Shown here piece by piece: positions 1 through 14,700 of a stretch of 64,000 nt of DNA. This stretch comes from Trichoplax sp. H2. Lineage: Eukaryota. Made by a program: the position numbers and the translations under genes. Location of the stretch: NCBI GenBank assembly GCA_003344405.1, contig NOWV01000270.1, positions 1-64,000 of the forward strand. The letters run 5' to 3'. The stretch's first letter is position 1; each line of letters begins with the position of its first letter. Under the pieces are notes generated by a model. It searched no databases and was not told the origin of the DNA. It saw nothing but the letters and a program-made list of their open reading frames with translations.

Positions 1-340
1 AAAATTTTCCTTTGCAGACCAACCATGAAACCCCTTGACATCAAATGGATGTCTGTAAATCTTTCGAAATTTTCCATTGCAAACCAGTCAGGAAATGCTC
101 TTGGACATTGCCCCGATTTCAGCAAATTACAGTAGTTACAAATATGTACGGTATCTCTTGATAAAGTAAAGGGTTGAAAATCCATACACTACAGTGGTAG
201 AAATTTTTCGCTCAAAGTTTTCCTTTGCAGACCAACCATGAAATTCCCTTGGACATCAAATGGATGTCTACAGTATAAATCTTTCGCGAAATTTTCCATT
301 GCAAACCAGTCAGGAAATGCTCTTGGACATTGCCCCAGAT
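1..340. repeat. Direct repeat, two copies of a ~115-bp block at 213-bp spacing (may continue left of the window)
   Basis: tttcctttgcagaccaaccatgaaa...ggaaatgctcttggacattgcccc occurs at ~6-114 and ~219-336. Confidence 0.85.
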
Positions 341-498
341 TTACAAACTCAATACTTGTTAATAGAGTACACTATCTACAATTGTATATTATAATCTGTC
401 CATACTCCTATACGTATAGAGAGAGAGATATACCGTATCACATCAATCTTTCATTGCAATAGCATTGGAAGGAATGGAACATTATTGGATACGACTAA

Positions 499-767
499 GG
501 CGCTTTGCTAATGTCCAATATCGTTATTGAGGCTGCAAGCAACTCCAGAATGAAGAAGTAGTCTAGCGCTTTTACTAATATCCAATATCGTTATTGATGC
601 TGCTAGCAACTCCAGAATGAATAGTAGTCAGTAGTCTGGCGCTTTTACTAATGTCCAATATTGTTATAGATGCTAGCAACTCCACAATGAATAAGTAGTC
701 TGGCGCTTTTACTAATGTCCAATATCGTTATTGATGCTGCTAGCAACTCCACAATGAATAGTAGTCA
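499..767. repeat. Minisatellite, 4 copies of a ~65-72-bp unit
   Basis: Unit gcgcttttactaatgtccaatatcgttattgatgctgctagcaactccasaatgaatagtagtc repeated with small indels. Confidence 0.9.
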
Positions 768-1201
768 ATAGTTGTCATCAAGAGTTAGATTGCATGAATA
801 CTAAACACTTGTCAGTAATCAATATTAATTTATTGCTAGTTTAACAGTGAAATTGAATTTACCTTTCTCAAGGTTTATTGAGTAAAATTTCCCTTGACAG
901 TGATTACGATTATCAGCCGCAGGTGTGGAGTAATCAATGGCGCTAATCCAATGGATCACTTTGCAAGGCAACATGGATATGATTGGGCCTCAAATTGTTG
1001 AATTAGCAAGCTATGAAATGAAATCAATCCATTCAAATAGTCATAATATCAATCCAGACTTATACTATGCCTGAAATTTCACTCTTACGGTTATCATAAT
1101 TACCAGGCTGTACATGAAATTAAAACAATTCTTACTACTTTAATTGCGATACTATCAAACTAGAACAGGGCGAATGACATTAATTTGCTGTCTCTTCCAC
1201 T

Positions 1202-1510
1202 GCAGTTTATTTTTCTACATTAAATACTTGAATACACTAAGACATCAATAAATAGGATAAAGTCATTAACAATCCTGTAATCATTCCATGCTACTATAGG
1301 TAGCATTGACAGGGAAGAGAATGGACCAATGTTGCTTGCTTGGCTCTCTTCACTCAATACCGCAGTTTATTTTCTACATTCAATACTTGAACACACTAAG
1401 ACATCAATAAATAGGATAAAGTCATTAACAATCCTGTAATCATTCCATGCTAGTATAGGTAGCACCAACAGGGAAGAGAATGGACTAATGTTGCTTGCTT
1501 GGCTCTCTTT
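1202..1510. repeat. Tandem duplication, 160-bp period, 2 copies
   Basis: gcagtttatttttctacatt...gttgcttgcttggctctctt starts at 1202 and at 1362. Confidence 0.9.
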
Positions 1511-3105
1511 CAATTTCAATCGGTTTACAACTAGAATCGTCTCGTGATTGATTGGAACTTGTTTCTCCTGATGTATCTTCTTCAAAACAAAATAATAGGA
1601 ATATCGGTGTTAGAAGAGAGTAATACAATTCTCCAATTTTAATTACAAAATCATACACTCTTACCTAGTGGCGATATAAAATAACGTTCCAACACATTGG
1701 CTAAATCGTCAATGATATTCATGCCTATCAAAGCAACTTTACCATACCAAGATTTCTGGTACCAGAAAGTTTCTGCTATCCTACTTTTGGTTTGAGTAAC
1801 GCTAGGATGATCATCATCAAGTCTTTCCGATCGAATTTTCAAAGCCTCTTCAAATAAAGGAAGAGCTGTATCGTATTTACTTTGCATAAAATAGACATTC
1901 CCCATATTGTAATACGACGTAGCCACTTCCAGATGATAATCGCCAAACCTTTGCAGCTGAATCTTATGCGATTTTTGAAACATACCAAGGGCATCGTCAT
2001 ATTTACCTTGGGCATGATAGACATTGGCAATGTTGTTGTAGGCATTGACTACATGAGGATGTCTATCTCCAAGGACTTGCAGATAGATCTGCAGCGATTT
2101 TTCAAACATAGAAAGAGCTTCATCATTCTTGCCTTGATTATAATATACACTTGCTATGTTGTTATACGATGTTGCAACATCAGGATGATTTGCATCAAGC
2201 GCCTTCAATCTTATTTCAAGAGATTTTTTGTACATAGAAAGAGCATCATCATATTTCCTTTGATTTCTGTAGACAAGTCCAACGTTGTTATAGGAAGAAG
2301 CAACATCAGCATGATTATCGTGCAAAATCTCGAATCGAATGGCTAATGATTTTCGATACATTGAAAGAGCTTCGTCATATTTGCCTTGATTGTAACAGAC
2401 AGTTCCAATGTTATTATAGGAGTTTGCAACATCACCATGAGAATCGCCAAGTAGATGTAATCTAACCTTCAGTGATTTATGATACATGGAAAGTGCATCA
2501 TCATACTCAATTTGATTCAAATAGACAGAGCCCATGAGGTTATACGATGTAGCAACATCAAGATGATAAGTACCAAGAAATTGTAAGCGAAGGTTAAGCG
2601 ATTTTTCAAACATGGAAAGAGCTTCTTGATATTGACCTTGATTGTAATAGACATGCCCAATTTTATGGTAGGAATTGGCTACAGGTATATTTTCTTCTCC
2701 CAACTGATTCAATTTTATTTCAAGTGATTTCCTAAAGTCTTTTAATGCTGCTGTTATTTGACCTTGTAATCGTTTAATACTACCACGTCTATCGAGGCAG
2801 TCTGCGATTCTAACTTGGTCTTGCAGTTTACTCGCTAATTCTTGCGCTTGGATGCTAAAATCAGTAGCCTTAATTGCCTCACGTTGCCGTATATAAATCT
2901 CGCAAATATCAAGATAAATGTCGCATTGGAGTTGTTCTAATTCTGAAGTACTTTCCGCCGTCGGAATAAGCCCAATTTGTTCCAAGGCTTGCGTATAACA
3001 CGATAATGCTTGTTGGTAGTCACAAGTGTTACAATATTGCTGGCCAGTTTCATGTAGGCGATAAATTGGCTGAAACTTGCTGGATTTTAAAGGTTGGCTA
3101 GCCAT
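1485..3105 (-). CDS. TPR-repeat protein with 42-aa kinesin-light-chain/nephrocystin-3-like repeats; main exon 3105-1665, probable last exon 1579-1485
   Basis: ORF 1651..3105 repeats H.DVA.SYNNIG.VY..QGKYD.AL.M..KSL.I. It ends CTA G|gtaaga (canonical phase-1 donor at 1664). A candidate acceptor at 1580 gives an in-frame EDTSGETSSNQ...KQH*. The last exon is an inference. Confidence 0.85.
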
Positions 3106-6100
3106 AAGTAATTTCTGTAGATATAAACGTTTCGAAAATCGGTACCATGGATAAAACGACGCTGGGTGCGAATGTTATAGTTAGGTGCCAACCATTAATT
3201 TTTAGGCGGTGTTGATCCTCTCGATTGCTTTTATTTTTGAATATTTTAGACTCTATATTGAAGGATGCTTAAGACAGCTCTTGCATGAGTTATTAAAGGA
3301 TGAAATAAGCTTAACATGGCGCCTAGACTATCAAAGTCTCCCGATAGGAATACAACAATGAGCGTTCATTTACCTTCAGGCAGGAAAGCATAAATTAGCA
3401 TAAATTAACATAAACGCATTGAATATTCTACCTACTTGTTGTAGGTAGAATTTATGATATATCATTGGATCCAAATTGAATTGCTGACACAGTAACTGCT
3501 TGTAATAAATGCGTCTTACAATAACTATCTTAGTCAAATGGTATTTTCTAAAAGGCTTTTATTGCAAGGTTTTAGGAATAGTAGAGCAACAATTGATTAT
3601 GACAAGAATCGAGTCTAAAATGGAAAGTATTCCGAGCTCAAAGCGAAGTGTAGTCTCTTCTTCTCGTGAGCTCATCTCTGCAGTTCTTATATACAGTCAG
3701 TTAAATCCATTGATGGCAACTTGATTCATCTACAATCAGACATAAGTCATCAAACAAAATACTTTTCTCTAATAACACATCATTACTTTCTACAGTTGAA
3801 ATCATTCTACTTAAGATGTCATTACTCTTCTATGAACGTCTAGCTGCTTTCTCTGAAGGGCATCTTAACAACGACAGTGTTTCTAGCTACCTAAATCTTG
3901 TACCATAATGAGTCAACTGGCTACGATTAGTCATCAACAATTTGTAATATAGTAGTTAGCAATCATCTAATATTACCTTCGCGATAATATCTATTCAAAG
4001 TAACCTAACTATATCAAATATAGCTATTCGTAGAATCAAATATGGGCGCATCATTACACTGCTTATGATAGCATTTCGTTTAAGTAGACAGTAAATAAAA
4101 TAATGAAAACATACGTGTGTATATCATCTAATATGGGTTATTTCAAGCCAGTAAAGTTCACTGTATGGCATTTTACTACCATAGTATTAGCGAATATGGA
4201 ATTGTCTAGCAGAAATTTCCAATCTACAGGAGATATAAAAGACGAAATAAATAATGCGAATTCTGTTTATTGTAAATAAAAGAGGGAATTTATGAAGGTC
4301 GATAACTTGTAGTAATTGCAAGCTGTATATATAGATAACTAAAAGACTTGAGTAATTATCCAGTCTCTGACTAGGGTCTCTAGTTAGTACTGCAAATGAA
4401 TTCGATTTAAGCTTTATTCGACTAAATATCAACTCCCTTCGATCGACTAAATAATTGTGACTGAAAATTGTAGCGGGTACAATGGTTTCTTTACATGCAA
4501 TAACATCAATCTATAACATAGATTGCAGGCAAACTCCAATTTTTTATTTTTTTTATTTTTCATAAAATTTAGTCACCCGTTAGAACGGTTACTATTTGCC
4601 TTATTTTCAAATTTTTTTATAAGTCCTAAAAACTAGCTACGGGTAAATTAGCTTTTATTGCATATTATTTAAAAAATCGACGTAGATCGGTGGGAGTATA
4701 GAATACGACTAGAAGTATCACTTCTTGTCATCTATTCCTCCATTTTCTATCTCTGTTAACATCTTTCCATCCTTCTCATATAGCTATGCTACCGTATTTA
4801 CTTCAATATCATGAATATTTATCCTGAAATAGCAGGTCCGATACTTCTATATTGTCTAAATTTCAAGGCTAACATAAATTATAATATCTCATACTAATCA
4901 CGCCTAGATTTATTCACTAACACAAGTATGATAAAAAATGTCATATTCTCTGCTCTCTCTATAATTATATACAATCAGTTATCGCTACTACTTTTTCCAT
5001 GATCGCTTCATTGTCAAAAATGAACAAGTTGACTCGATAATTAATCTATGGAGGCAAAACGTATAGACGCCATCTTCAATCAGTAGTAACTAAAATATAC
5101 ACTAATTTTACATCACCTACTGCTTCTTCATACTAGTGCTTGCAAAGCATATAACTGTTGCAGTTTGAAATACTAAACAAGTTAATCATCGGCCGACTTC
5201 GAGGTAGACTACTATGTCTTCTATCACGGAATGAAATAACCCTTTCCGGTCACGTTTCATAAAAGGTTTCATGTCGATAGATCCATTTTGGATTCTTTTT
5301 CTTTGGATTTCGTTTATTATAATAGGATATCGCAAGTATTTGAGTCATGCTGTAAGCAAATACTGCGAGAGGATAAGTCAGATAATGGACAAAAGTTTAT
5401 TTTACTGGTAGCAAACCTTTAAATAAGAGCGTAGGTATATGAACAGCAGATTAGTTATTTTGATGTTATTAACTGCCAACAATTCCATTGCTGATACAAT
5501 AATGTTGTGTATCTCTGTATTTCTTTCTTACGTTCTTGCTCTGTTTTTGCCGATATTAAAATAATCTTTAATTAACTGTCTAATCTAGTGGATTGGATTA
5601 TTATGTAATTCATTCATTAGAAAAACTGAATGACGGTGGAATTTTCTTGTTGTTGTTTCTGGCGTAAAAGCATTCGTTATTTAATGGTAGGCTCTTTGCA
5701 GAATTGCAACGTTAGCCACATGTCAAGATTTAATATTATCTTTTTCATTAGAGTAGTCAATAAAGGGAAATTATTGATCCCGTGAAATTTTGTGAAGCCA
5801 CGGTTAAATAGTAATGGTAGCCAATTATATCTATATATGAAAGACCGCAACATTGCTATACGAATAATTATTATAACTATGGTTTTCTGTCATAAAATAT
5901 AAACAATTCGCAGCCTAATGAACAAAGTATAAAAGAAAAGAATGCTTATTAGGCAAGTTCTGCTCAAAGTGTGAAAGATCCTTATTGCTATACAGTTGTG
6001 ATATAATTAATCAGGGATTTTCAAAGTTTATAAGAAATTAGAAATTTATTAGATCTTTCGCACAAGATGCTTTGCACGTCTCTACTCGAATTGGATGAAA

Positions 6101-6871
6101 TTTATTTTAAATGATCAATAAATCTTCTACGTGCACAAATCCTTCAATTAAGTAAGATAGAAGCAAGCACCCATGGCACACCGGTATAGAATGAGGATAC
6201 TAATCTACGATTCATTGTGAAAGCTATTCTTGAGGCCCACAGTTTTCTAATTTCTTTTAAAACTATTTATCCTCTATGTTTAAATTTGGCAATAGAGCTA
6301 TATATTTTATTATTATTCTTCCTAAAAGCTTTAGTCTAAATGTTAATTAGTTTTTCGGGCTACTATAGCCGGATCACTGATTTATTCATGGACGATAGCA
6401 ATTTTAAATAATTGTAAAATATTCTTTCATCAGTCATAGAAAGCCAAAAATTTGTGAATTTTTTGTTATCAATAATGGTTCCTAATGTACAGGTCTTGTC
6501 TTTCTCTATCTTTTCTTTAATAACCACGATATTATGTATAATCATTAAATATACTTAATGTAATATACTTTCCTTCGAAGTTTTATATCGAAATTTGATA
6601 TGGTTGAACTTTAATCACTATTATTGTTAAAATTGAAAAATTCATTTCTATACTGTATGAGAGAAAACACTAAATAATAACGTCGTTAATTGAAAAATTT
6701 TATTATCTCACCATAAGATCAATTCTACCTATCGTATTGGCATCACTAGCAATAATTATTCTTGTCATTAGAGTAAATTTGTTTAGTCTATTCCAAATAA
6801 CTTATCCATGGCAAAAGAAGGGGAAAAAATAGCCTTAAATCATAGGCAGGAATTACTTTAAAATTAAATGT

Positions 6872-9800
6872 TTACTTATTTCCATTGACTAATTGCGTTG
6901 CCATTTCGCGATATTGGCCAAAGAATTGTCGTAATTTATCAAGATATATTTTAGCATCATTTTTAGGGTAGCTTTTAAATGTAGAACAAGAAATATTCAA
7001 TTTATGAGGTTGAATATTATAACATATTCCAAAACCATGAAGGCATGCTGGAGCAAAGTTTGAATTGGAAAGATCCGCTAGTGATACCTACAATTTCAAT
7101 GGAATGGAACTTTTTAACAAATATTCAAGTCGATATAGACTACTCACCCAAGACATTTTTAATATCTTGGCTAGATAATAACTTTGTAGAAGAAATAGAC
7201 GAAAAGTTACCTGACTAGTCGAAATTTCGTATTGGTTAAGCCTTTGAAAAGAAAAATCCTTAAAAAACTTCGGTTCTGGCAATCCTTTCTCCAATGCTGC
7301 TATCTTCAAGCCGAACAAATGTCTATCGAAGCCTTGGCCTATAAAGGCCTTTATATTAAACGATAATATTAGAGTTAGACTTCAATATTTCGGTTAAAAT
7401 GATCTAAATTAAAATGCCATCAAATATTTAAATAAGTCCCAACTAACTTCTCTAGCCAGTTTATTATGAGCCTTTGTAGCTTCAACAAACGCCGCTAACT
7501 TTTCGCTATCCTAGTTATCATCAATTATACGATAAATCCTCAAAAATTCTTGCTTCGATTGCTTTTCAAATCAACTCATCTTGATGAAAATTACTGTAGC
7601 GATAAAACTTGATCAAACTTAGTATTTATTGTATCTATCCAACCGTTGCTTCAGAACTTGTCCAAATTTGGCATAATTCTTTGGATTTTGATGTTGCAGA
7701 ACGAATATTTTCGGTTCTGCCATGGGCGAAAAGCCTTAAAGTACAACTTTCGTATTGATTTGCAAATTCATTTTTTAGCCTGAATCGATTCAATATCTTC
7801 CGTTAAAAAAAAAGAATCACATATCCATGATCTAATTACTGTGTAGAACTATAGCTGCCAAATTTTATGTAGGATTCAAATTGAGGATAAATATATTTTT
7901 AGGATGACCAAATTACTATGCAAAATAGTGAGTGATTGTAAAATTTCATAAAGGGTTCTAGTTGTGGATAAATTTATTTTTATAGATTGAATTTAGTTAC
8001 CGTACTTACATGTAGTAAACCAACTGAAAAGCAGTTTGCAGAAAGCTATCCGGGCTCATTTTTTGAGTTTTGATAAACTCTTTACCATATTCGCAGAATA
8101 CTATACTCCGTGATAAAACGTTATCCACAGCTCTATATGTGATTAACGTCGAAAAAGTAACCTGAATTAGGTGATTAATTCACACTTGTAAATCAAATCT
8201 TGAACATGGCTAATTGCAATAAAGAGCATGTCAAACTTGTCGAAAACTTCTGCTGTTTCCCGTATATCCTTGACTATATCTTCAGACAGATTCCATTCGA
8301 TTTTCTGAGGTGGCGGGACTTCATTTAGATATTCTTCAGATACTTCTTCATCAATTTTGAAATTGGAGCTATTGCGTTCATTTTGTAAATAACAGCAATG
8401 AAAGAAATAGACAAGTTAGCGACATCAATATCCATAACATAGAGAAGTTTAGCTCCAGCATGAACGTTAAATGAATTCATTTATTCAAGATCTAATTGGT
8501 AAATTAGGCTTGTATTTCATTTCCTGATAAGTTCTTATATTGAAATCAAAGGTGCATAAATTTAAATGTAGTCTGCTTGCATTTTCTATGTAGTTTAATG
8601 GCAGAGACAATCAATTGGCGATTATTATCTACTACATCTTACATTCCTTGGTCAAGGTAGATATTGCAATGAAATGTTGGCGCTCCATCCATGTAGCTAT
8701 GCTCGCCTAACATACCATAATATCCATAGCCCCCAAGGTAATAGGTAATCCCTTTATCATTCCATCGATTAGCAGCACTATATTTGGCGCCGAAGCCATG
8801 TAAGCCTGCTGCCGTACATAATGAATACTTTTTATCAAGATAGTCTGCATGATCGGGGCCAACAGGAATCTCCGGTAAATTGCGTTCTAAGCTTAAAACT
8901 GAAATTCCACGAAGAATTGTCCGAATTGATTTCTTATTTTGTGGATCTAGTGGGTAAAATAACACATTAGTTTTCAAATCGGATGAAATTGGTTTATTAG
9001 CATAAGCAAAACGCACTTAATACCTTTGAGCAAAAGTTCATAAATATCAGCCCATTTTGCACGCTCTGCAGTTGTCAATATACCGATAGGTTCGGATTCT
9101 TCAGCAGACATTTCTATTAATCTTTTAACTTGCTTTCTCATTTCAGCGAACGAAATGAGTTTATCGTCCTTGATGGTTTCAACGGCGAAAAACTATTTCC
9201 CCATAAAATAATTCGATATTGAAAATTACTTTGTTTTAGCTCCTCGATCTCATCAATTAAATAAGTATCGCAATACTATATCTATTAGTAACATCAAGAA
9301 GATTTTCTACACAAATATAATCCTTCGTGCAAGCAGGGTCAATATGTTGGTAAAAGTAAGTATGACATTCTTTTGCTATTAATTGCCTTAACAATATAAA
9401 ACATATCTACTTGATCAAGCGAATGATAGCCTTAGGACAAAATTAGATTGAGCCTTGAGCATTACCCGATTATTATGAGAAATGATAATGTGTTTAGAAA
9501 TACTTTCATCTCCAACATTTTGAAATTCAAAATCATCCATATCTTGCTTAGGAATTCTTCCACCGGCATACATGTATAATTTTTGCATCATGCATAACGG
9601 CTTACCCGCAACAAGCTCTGGTTCCAAAGTTTCACTAGTACAGAAATAAAATGGCATGATCAACTTGATTATCTATATCATGGATATGTCTGACATTCTT
9701 AACCAAGCCGAGTAAGCTCGTTTTCTTACGTATAGATTTTCCAATAGTACTCAGATATTTTCAGAGCGAATTTAGCGGCAAGGCTATTGGTGTATGGAAA

Positions 9801-11789
9801 GAAGCAGAAAAATAAAATTCTTCAAATTAAGTATTAAAAATAACTGTAGACAAAGTTAGCTATCTATAGCATTGATTATTCCTACGCTACTTTAGATAAT
9901 ATTTGCAAAGCTAATTTAGTCAGCATAACCGTTATCGTACCAGCAACTTACTCTATATATTCATCTTCCGTTGCAGCAGGCCCATAACCGATGACCATAG
10001 AACCAGAAGAATTAAAAATAATAGATTTTCTTTCCTTTAAGTAAACGTACTTGGTCCACCAGTCGGTTAACTAGTGCAATTATAGACGCATTCCAACAAA
10101 AATATTAGACATGAATGACATTGACAGTTACTCTCTTAAATGTGTATCAATTAAAACTAATATCAAACTTCAAAATAAATAATTGCTTATCCGTTGATTT
10201 TAAGAAGCTGCTCTCAGATACAGTATATTAAATATTACGCGTATGTTCAAGATTCAAGAATGGACGAATGAAATTAATGGAATGCTTCATTGATGATAGG
10301 GCTTTGCCTAGAGAGTAGATTACTATCAAATTTTCAGACTCGAATAAACTAGATATCATCATTCTTGTTCGAATCTGGAGTACTATAAAATCGACATAAC
10401 TGGTTTACTGGTATTTAGCAATATGTATCAAGGCAAGATATGGACAAGATGTCATATGCATTATCAAGAATAGAGAAATGAAATTGCTCTGATACTTTAT
10501 GGAAAATAGTGCTTTCTAAACATGTCTATCGAGGTAAATTAATGACAAGGTGTTACCTCATAGAGAGGGGTAGTCAATACGAGTTATAAATATCTTCAAT
10601 GGCCACATGCAATCTTTGCTAGTTAAAATAATAGTGTTGTCAGGGAACGACCTTATGGGATATTTCAGTGATGATCTAAATATAAAGTATTGCTATTCGC
10701 TATATTTAATAGAACTAAATACCATTCGATAGGGGATAATATTAACTTGAAAGAATGGAGGAATAGTATAATCAAATTGACTGAATGTTTCGTTTAAGAT
10801 CGCACTTTGCCTAGAGAGTAGGTAACTATGAAGATTCTAGGTTTGAATAAGCTTGGCCATTTTATTTTTGTTCCAACCTGAAGCACTATAAAGTATGGCC
10901 ATTAAGGTAAATTAACGACAAGATATTACCTCATAGAGAGGGTTAGTAAAAGCGAGTCATAAATATCTTCCATAAGCATACGAAATCTTTCTTCAGCTAA
11001 AATAAAAGCATCATCAGGAAATGATGGTATAGGATATTTCAGTGATGGTAAAAATGTAAAGTACTTCTACTCGATATATTTAGTAATGCAGCTAAATACC
11101 ATATGATAGGGATAAAATGAATTTGAAATTATGTACACCATTTTAAAATAAAAAGAATGTGGCGTATGGTAGAGTTATTCAACTCAATCAATTGCATTAA
11201 ACATTGACATCATTCTGTAATACTGCTATGAAATATTACTAATTAAACGAATTCCATTTACTGTAGACTTTTGCTAAATGTAAAGATTAATTGATGTCTA
11301 CACGGCGTAATTACAGTAAAAATCAACCCAATACATTTAGTTTGAGTGGATGGAATATTCAATTTTAACTTGGAAACAACGACTTGTCTATTGCAAAATA
11401 AGAGTATCAACTATTTTTTGACTAACGCGTCCTAGAGGTTATTTATGTAAAATAATAGGTTTAAAGATCAAAACTAATTTCTGCCAGTACTTCTATACTA
11501 GCATGGATTACTATAGTACTGTAATAATCCACCATGCACTACTTATATCAATGCCGATATTCACCCAGTTCTCAGAAGATTTGAACTTTCCCAAAATATA
11601 TTGCTGTAATTGCTCTGCAAGTCCATCTTGCTGAACAAATTCGCTGACTTCAGCTAGCGTTTTTGCATACTGCTCATCATCAACTAAAGGGCGAACAGCA
11701 GCCAGATATTTCTGGAAGGTATCCTGTAATTTTGGCACTGGAAGCTTTGGTAAACTGCTCTGGTAATGAAATGTGCTTAGAGATGCCAT
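6872..11789 (-). CDS. Carnitine/choline O-acyltransferase family protein (CROT/CPT2-like), about 12 exons
   Basis: Exons (approx.): 11789-11565 MASLSTFHYQSSLPKLPVPKL..ENW; 10070-9952 LTDWWTKYVYL; ~9782-9731; ~9634-9467 PLCMMQ; ~9192-9025 IGILTTAERAKWA; ~8946-8644 NRWNDK..GEHSYMDG (catalytic His); ~8367-8230; ~8131-8010 KMSPDSFLQTAFQL; ~7780-7643 YES..HGRTENIRS; ~7510-7449; ~7350-7211 GQGFDRHLFGL..STSQ; ~7088-6872 HGFGICY..GNK*. Confidence 0.9.
10282..11130. repeat. Diverged tandem duplication within intron 1 of the acyltransferase
   Basis: ctttgcctagagagtag at ~10282 and ~10805; ggtaaattaa..gttacctcatagagaggg at ~10532 and ~10906; ctaaataccat..gataggggata at ~10714 and ~11092. Confidence 0.75.
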
Positions 11790-14700
11790 GTCAGCCAAGT
11801 TTGTAAAATACTTTGTTTCTTGCAATAGCGGTTAAATCAAGTTTTGGAATTTAATTTTATGAAAATCCAAGCGAAATGTTACACGAGGAGAGAGAAATTT
11901 CCTGTTGTTATTCTTATGCCGTATGTAAGAATCACGTTATATGAGCATTACTATCCAATCACTACCTTATTATAGTTACTGAGCAGTAGACAACTTCTAC
12001 TAAAACTACTAAAGATCCTGCTATGATGGGATATTTTTTCACCTTTGATCTCCGATTACTCAATAGATCAGCTTGATATGCCCCCTTACTAAGCGTATTT
12101 GCATATTAACAAAATTTTAGATCAATAACCTCATCATGACATTACGATAACTTAATAGATAGTAAATAAGCTGATAAAATACATTTAATAGAAGAACACT
12201 AACAGTATGCTCAGATTTGAATTATTCATCATAAAAGCATACGAGATACAAATTTAGGAAATCGTATGATCGATTCTACTCTCCTAATCAGATGTGGTCT
12301 ACATCATGAAAATTGACTAAGAAGAATGTAGCACCATATTTAAAATAAAATTCCTATTTGTATTACTTTTAATGGCAAGGTGGATATTTAGTACATCGTG
12401 AGTCATAATTTTATACATCAAATATAGTCCATGCAATGGTAACCGAAATGCAATGATGTAAAAGGCAATCTAACAAAATTACGATGGAGTTTATACTTAA
12501 GAATTAAAATTTGCAGCGACTTTCTATTCAAATTTTTCTTGATTGCCGACGAGATATTTACTAAATTCTAAGACAGAATTTGCTCATTAAATATAGACTT
12601 AGTCATGATATCTAAGTACAAAAAATGTATAGCATATCATGGCGAAATTATGCTGGAGTTTAGAGCATCATCAGATTCGAATTAACATTAATAGCAAGAT
12701 AGACACTCACTATATTACCAGATTTTATTCATTGAATGAAATCTTTGCGGCGATTATACCATTGAATGGATTATATTAGGGTTCAGAACATTTTTAAACT
12801 TAAATTAGTCCTAGTAGCAAGATAGATATCTATTAGAAATATCATGAGCTAGATTTACTCATTAAACAGAGTCTTTGCAGCGATAATATCATTAAATGGC
12901 AGTCATGGACTGTGGAAAATAGTTTAACAAATTTAGATACGAACTTATTAAAAAGATAACTTAGATTAGGCGGTCAATCATAAGCTTTTCTATATCAATT
13001 AGGCCTAATTTATCGAATGATAATTAAATGGTAGTCATAAATAAATGCGTAAAAAATGAGGTTAGCCGATGATTCAATAACTACAATATTATGATAACCC
13101 CAGCATATACCAACTTAAAAAAGCTTAGTAAATATTCTATGTAATCATGATGTTTCATTAACCGAAATGTAGATATAAAAGTGTTTGCTTGGGGTCAAGA
13201 TTTGCTCTATTTGAGTACACATTAATTTACATGAGCCTAACATTAGTAGAGAAGAAATAGACCGCAGAATCGCACCCAACTGTTATTATAGCTGGATGAG
13301 TCTGAGATTTTTCGCATTTCTTTCGAAACTATGTCAATCTAATCTACATAAATGGATGACAGTTATATTTATGTCCATTTTGTAACCATAATGAAAACAG
13401 CAAGGTCAAAGTCTCATTTTCCATTGAGAGAATGCTAACATTTCATGATCATAGCAGTTAATATGGCCCCAAATTCTGTACACCAACAAATAGTATACAA
13501 AATATTGAATGCATCATACCGTATTGTACATTAAATTGAATTTAACAGGTATGGCCCTTGTAATAATATAGTGAGTAATTATGATAAAAGAGTTTAAAAA
13601 AATTTAGGCTAGATCTAGTCCTAATAGTAATATAGAAGCTTAATCAGTCGCAAGCCAGATTCTAATAACCAAATTGAGTGAGATTCTATTGATAAATAGT
13701 GGAAAACAAGGCTGCTAGATTTGAAATGAACGTGGATATTTAATGAAAAGGATAATTAACAGATCGTAAGCCGGACTATGTTAACTGGATCTAGCTTATG
13801 CAGCCATTAACAATTATATAAATCAAATTCACAATTTGCTTTAAGTGCACCCTGTTGTAGATAGTGTTAGATATTAACTATAATATATCTTACATGAGCT
13901 ATAAAATAGAGCATTAAGTGTATGATTAGGAGGTTATCTATATAATTATTTTCAATAGGATGACTATATTGTAGTCTTGTAACAATGTATATGATTATAT
14001 TGTAAGGTGAACTGATAATTTACTATAGATAACCATATGTTATAAAGTAAACGATAGCTAGAATAGTTAGTAATTAGATGTATGTCTTCAATGCCACGAC
14101 GCATAAAGGTAGTAGGTATAAGCTGGAATATCTATAAATACCCGGTAATTTTAATAATAAAGCCAGTTACAAATCTTACTCGCGGAATAGAACTCATTGC
14201 GTAAAAATATAACGCATCCTGCGCTACATAATAGTCATCAAGTCTAGTCGATGTAATGGCGTAAACGATTTACAAAGCCATACAAGTGCAACTAGCAATG
14301 TTAGAGAAGATACAATCACGGAACACTGCTATTAATTCGCCTAGCTTTAGTTCTTTCCCATCAATCTCCAGGGTATATTAATATCATTTCACTCTAAATC
14401 AATTAGGTTTATTATGCTTCATGCTGTTATTTATTATACTATTAAAATAATAAGTTCAAAGTTCTACTTCCTATCTAAGGATGCACTCATTTTTAATAAT
14501 TATAGCGCTAATGCTGTTTTCTCTAATTGTGCAAAGATGACATCAAAATAAGTTGGATTTAGTTATTGTAAAACTATAAAATAATGTGGACTTTTTCGTT
14601 CTAAAACGAATCTCCTAAGATCTTTTATCTATATGCTTATACTTATAGTTAAATGATTGCAGACTACGATTTTCTCTTTCTTATCATTTATTCCAATCAT

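Noticed and set aside
1839..2346. Alternate-frame and antisense ORFs (also 32266-32878, 47835-48230, 49268-49699, 52868-53593, 55044-55778)
   Set aside because: Shadow ORFs of real coding exons.
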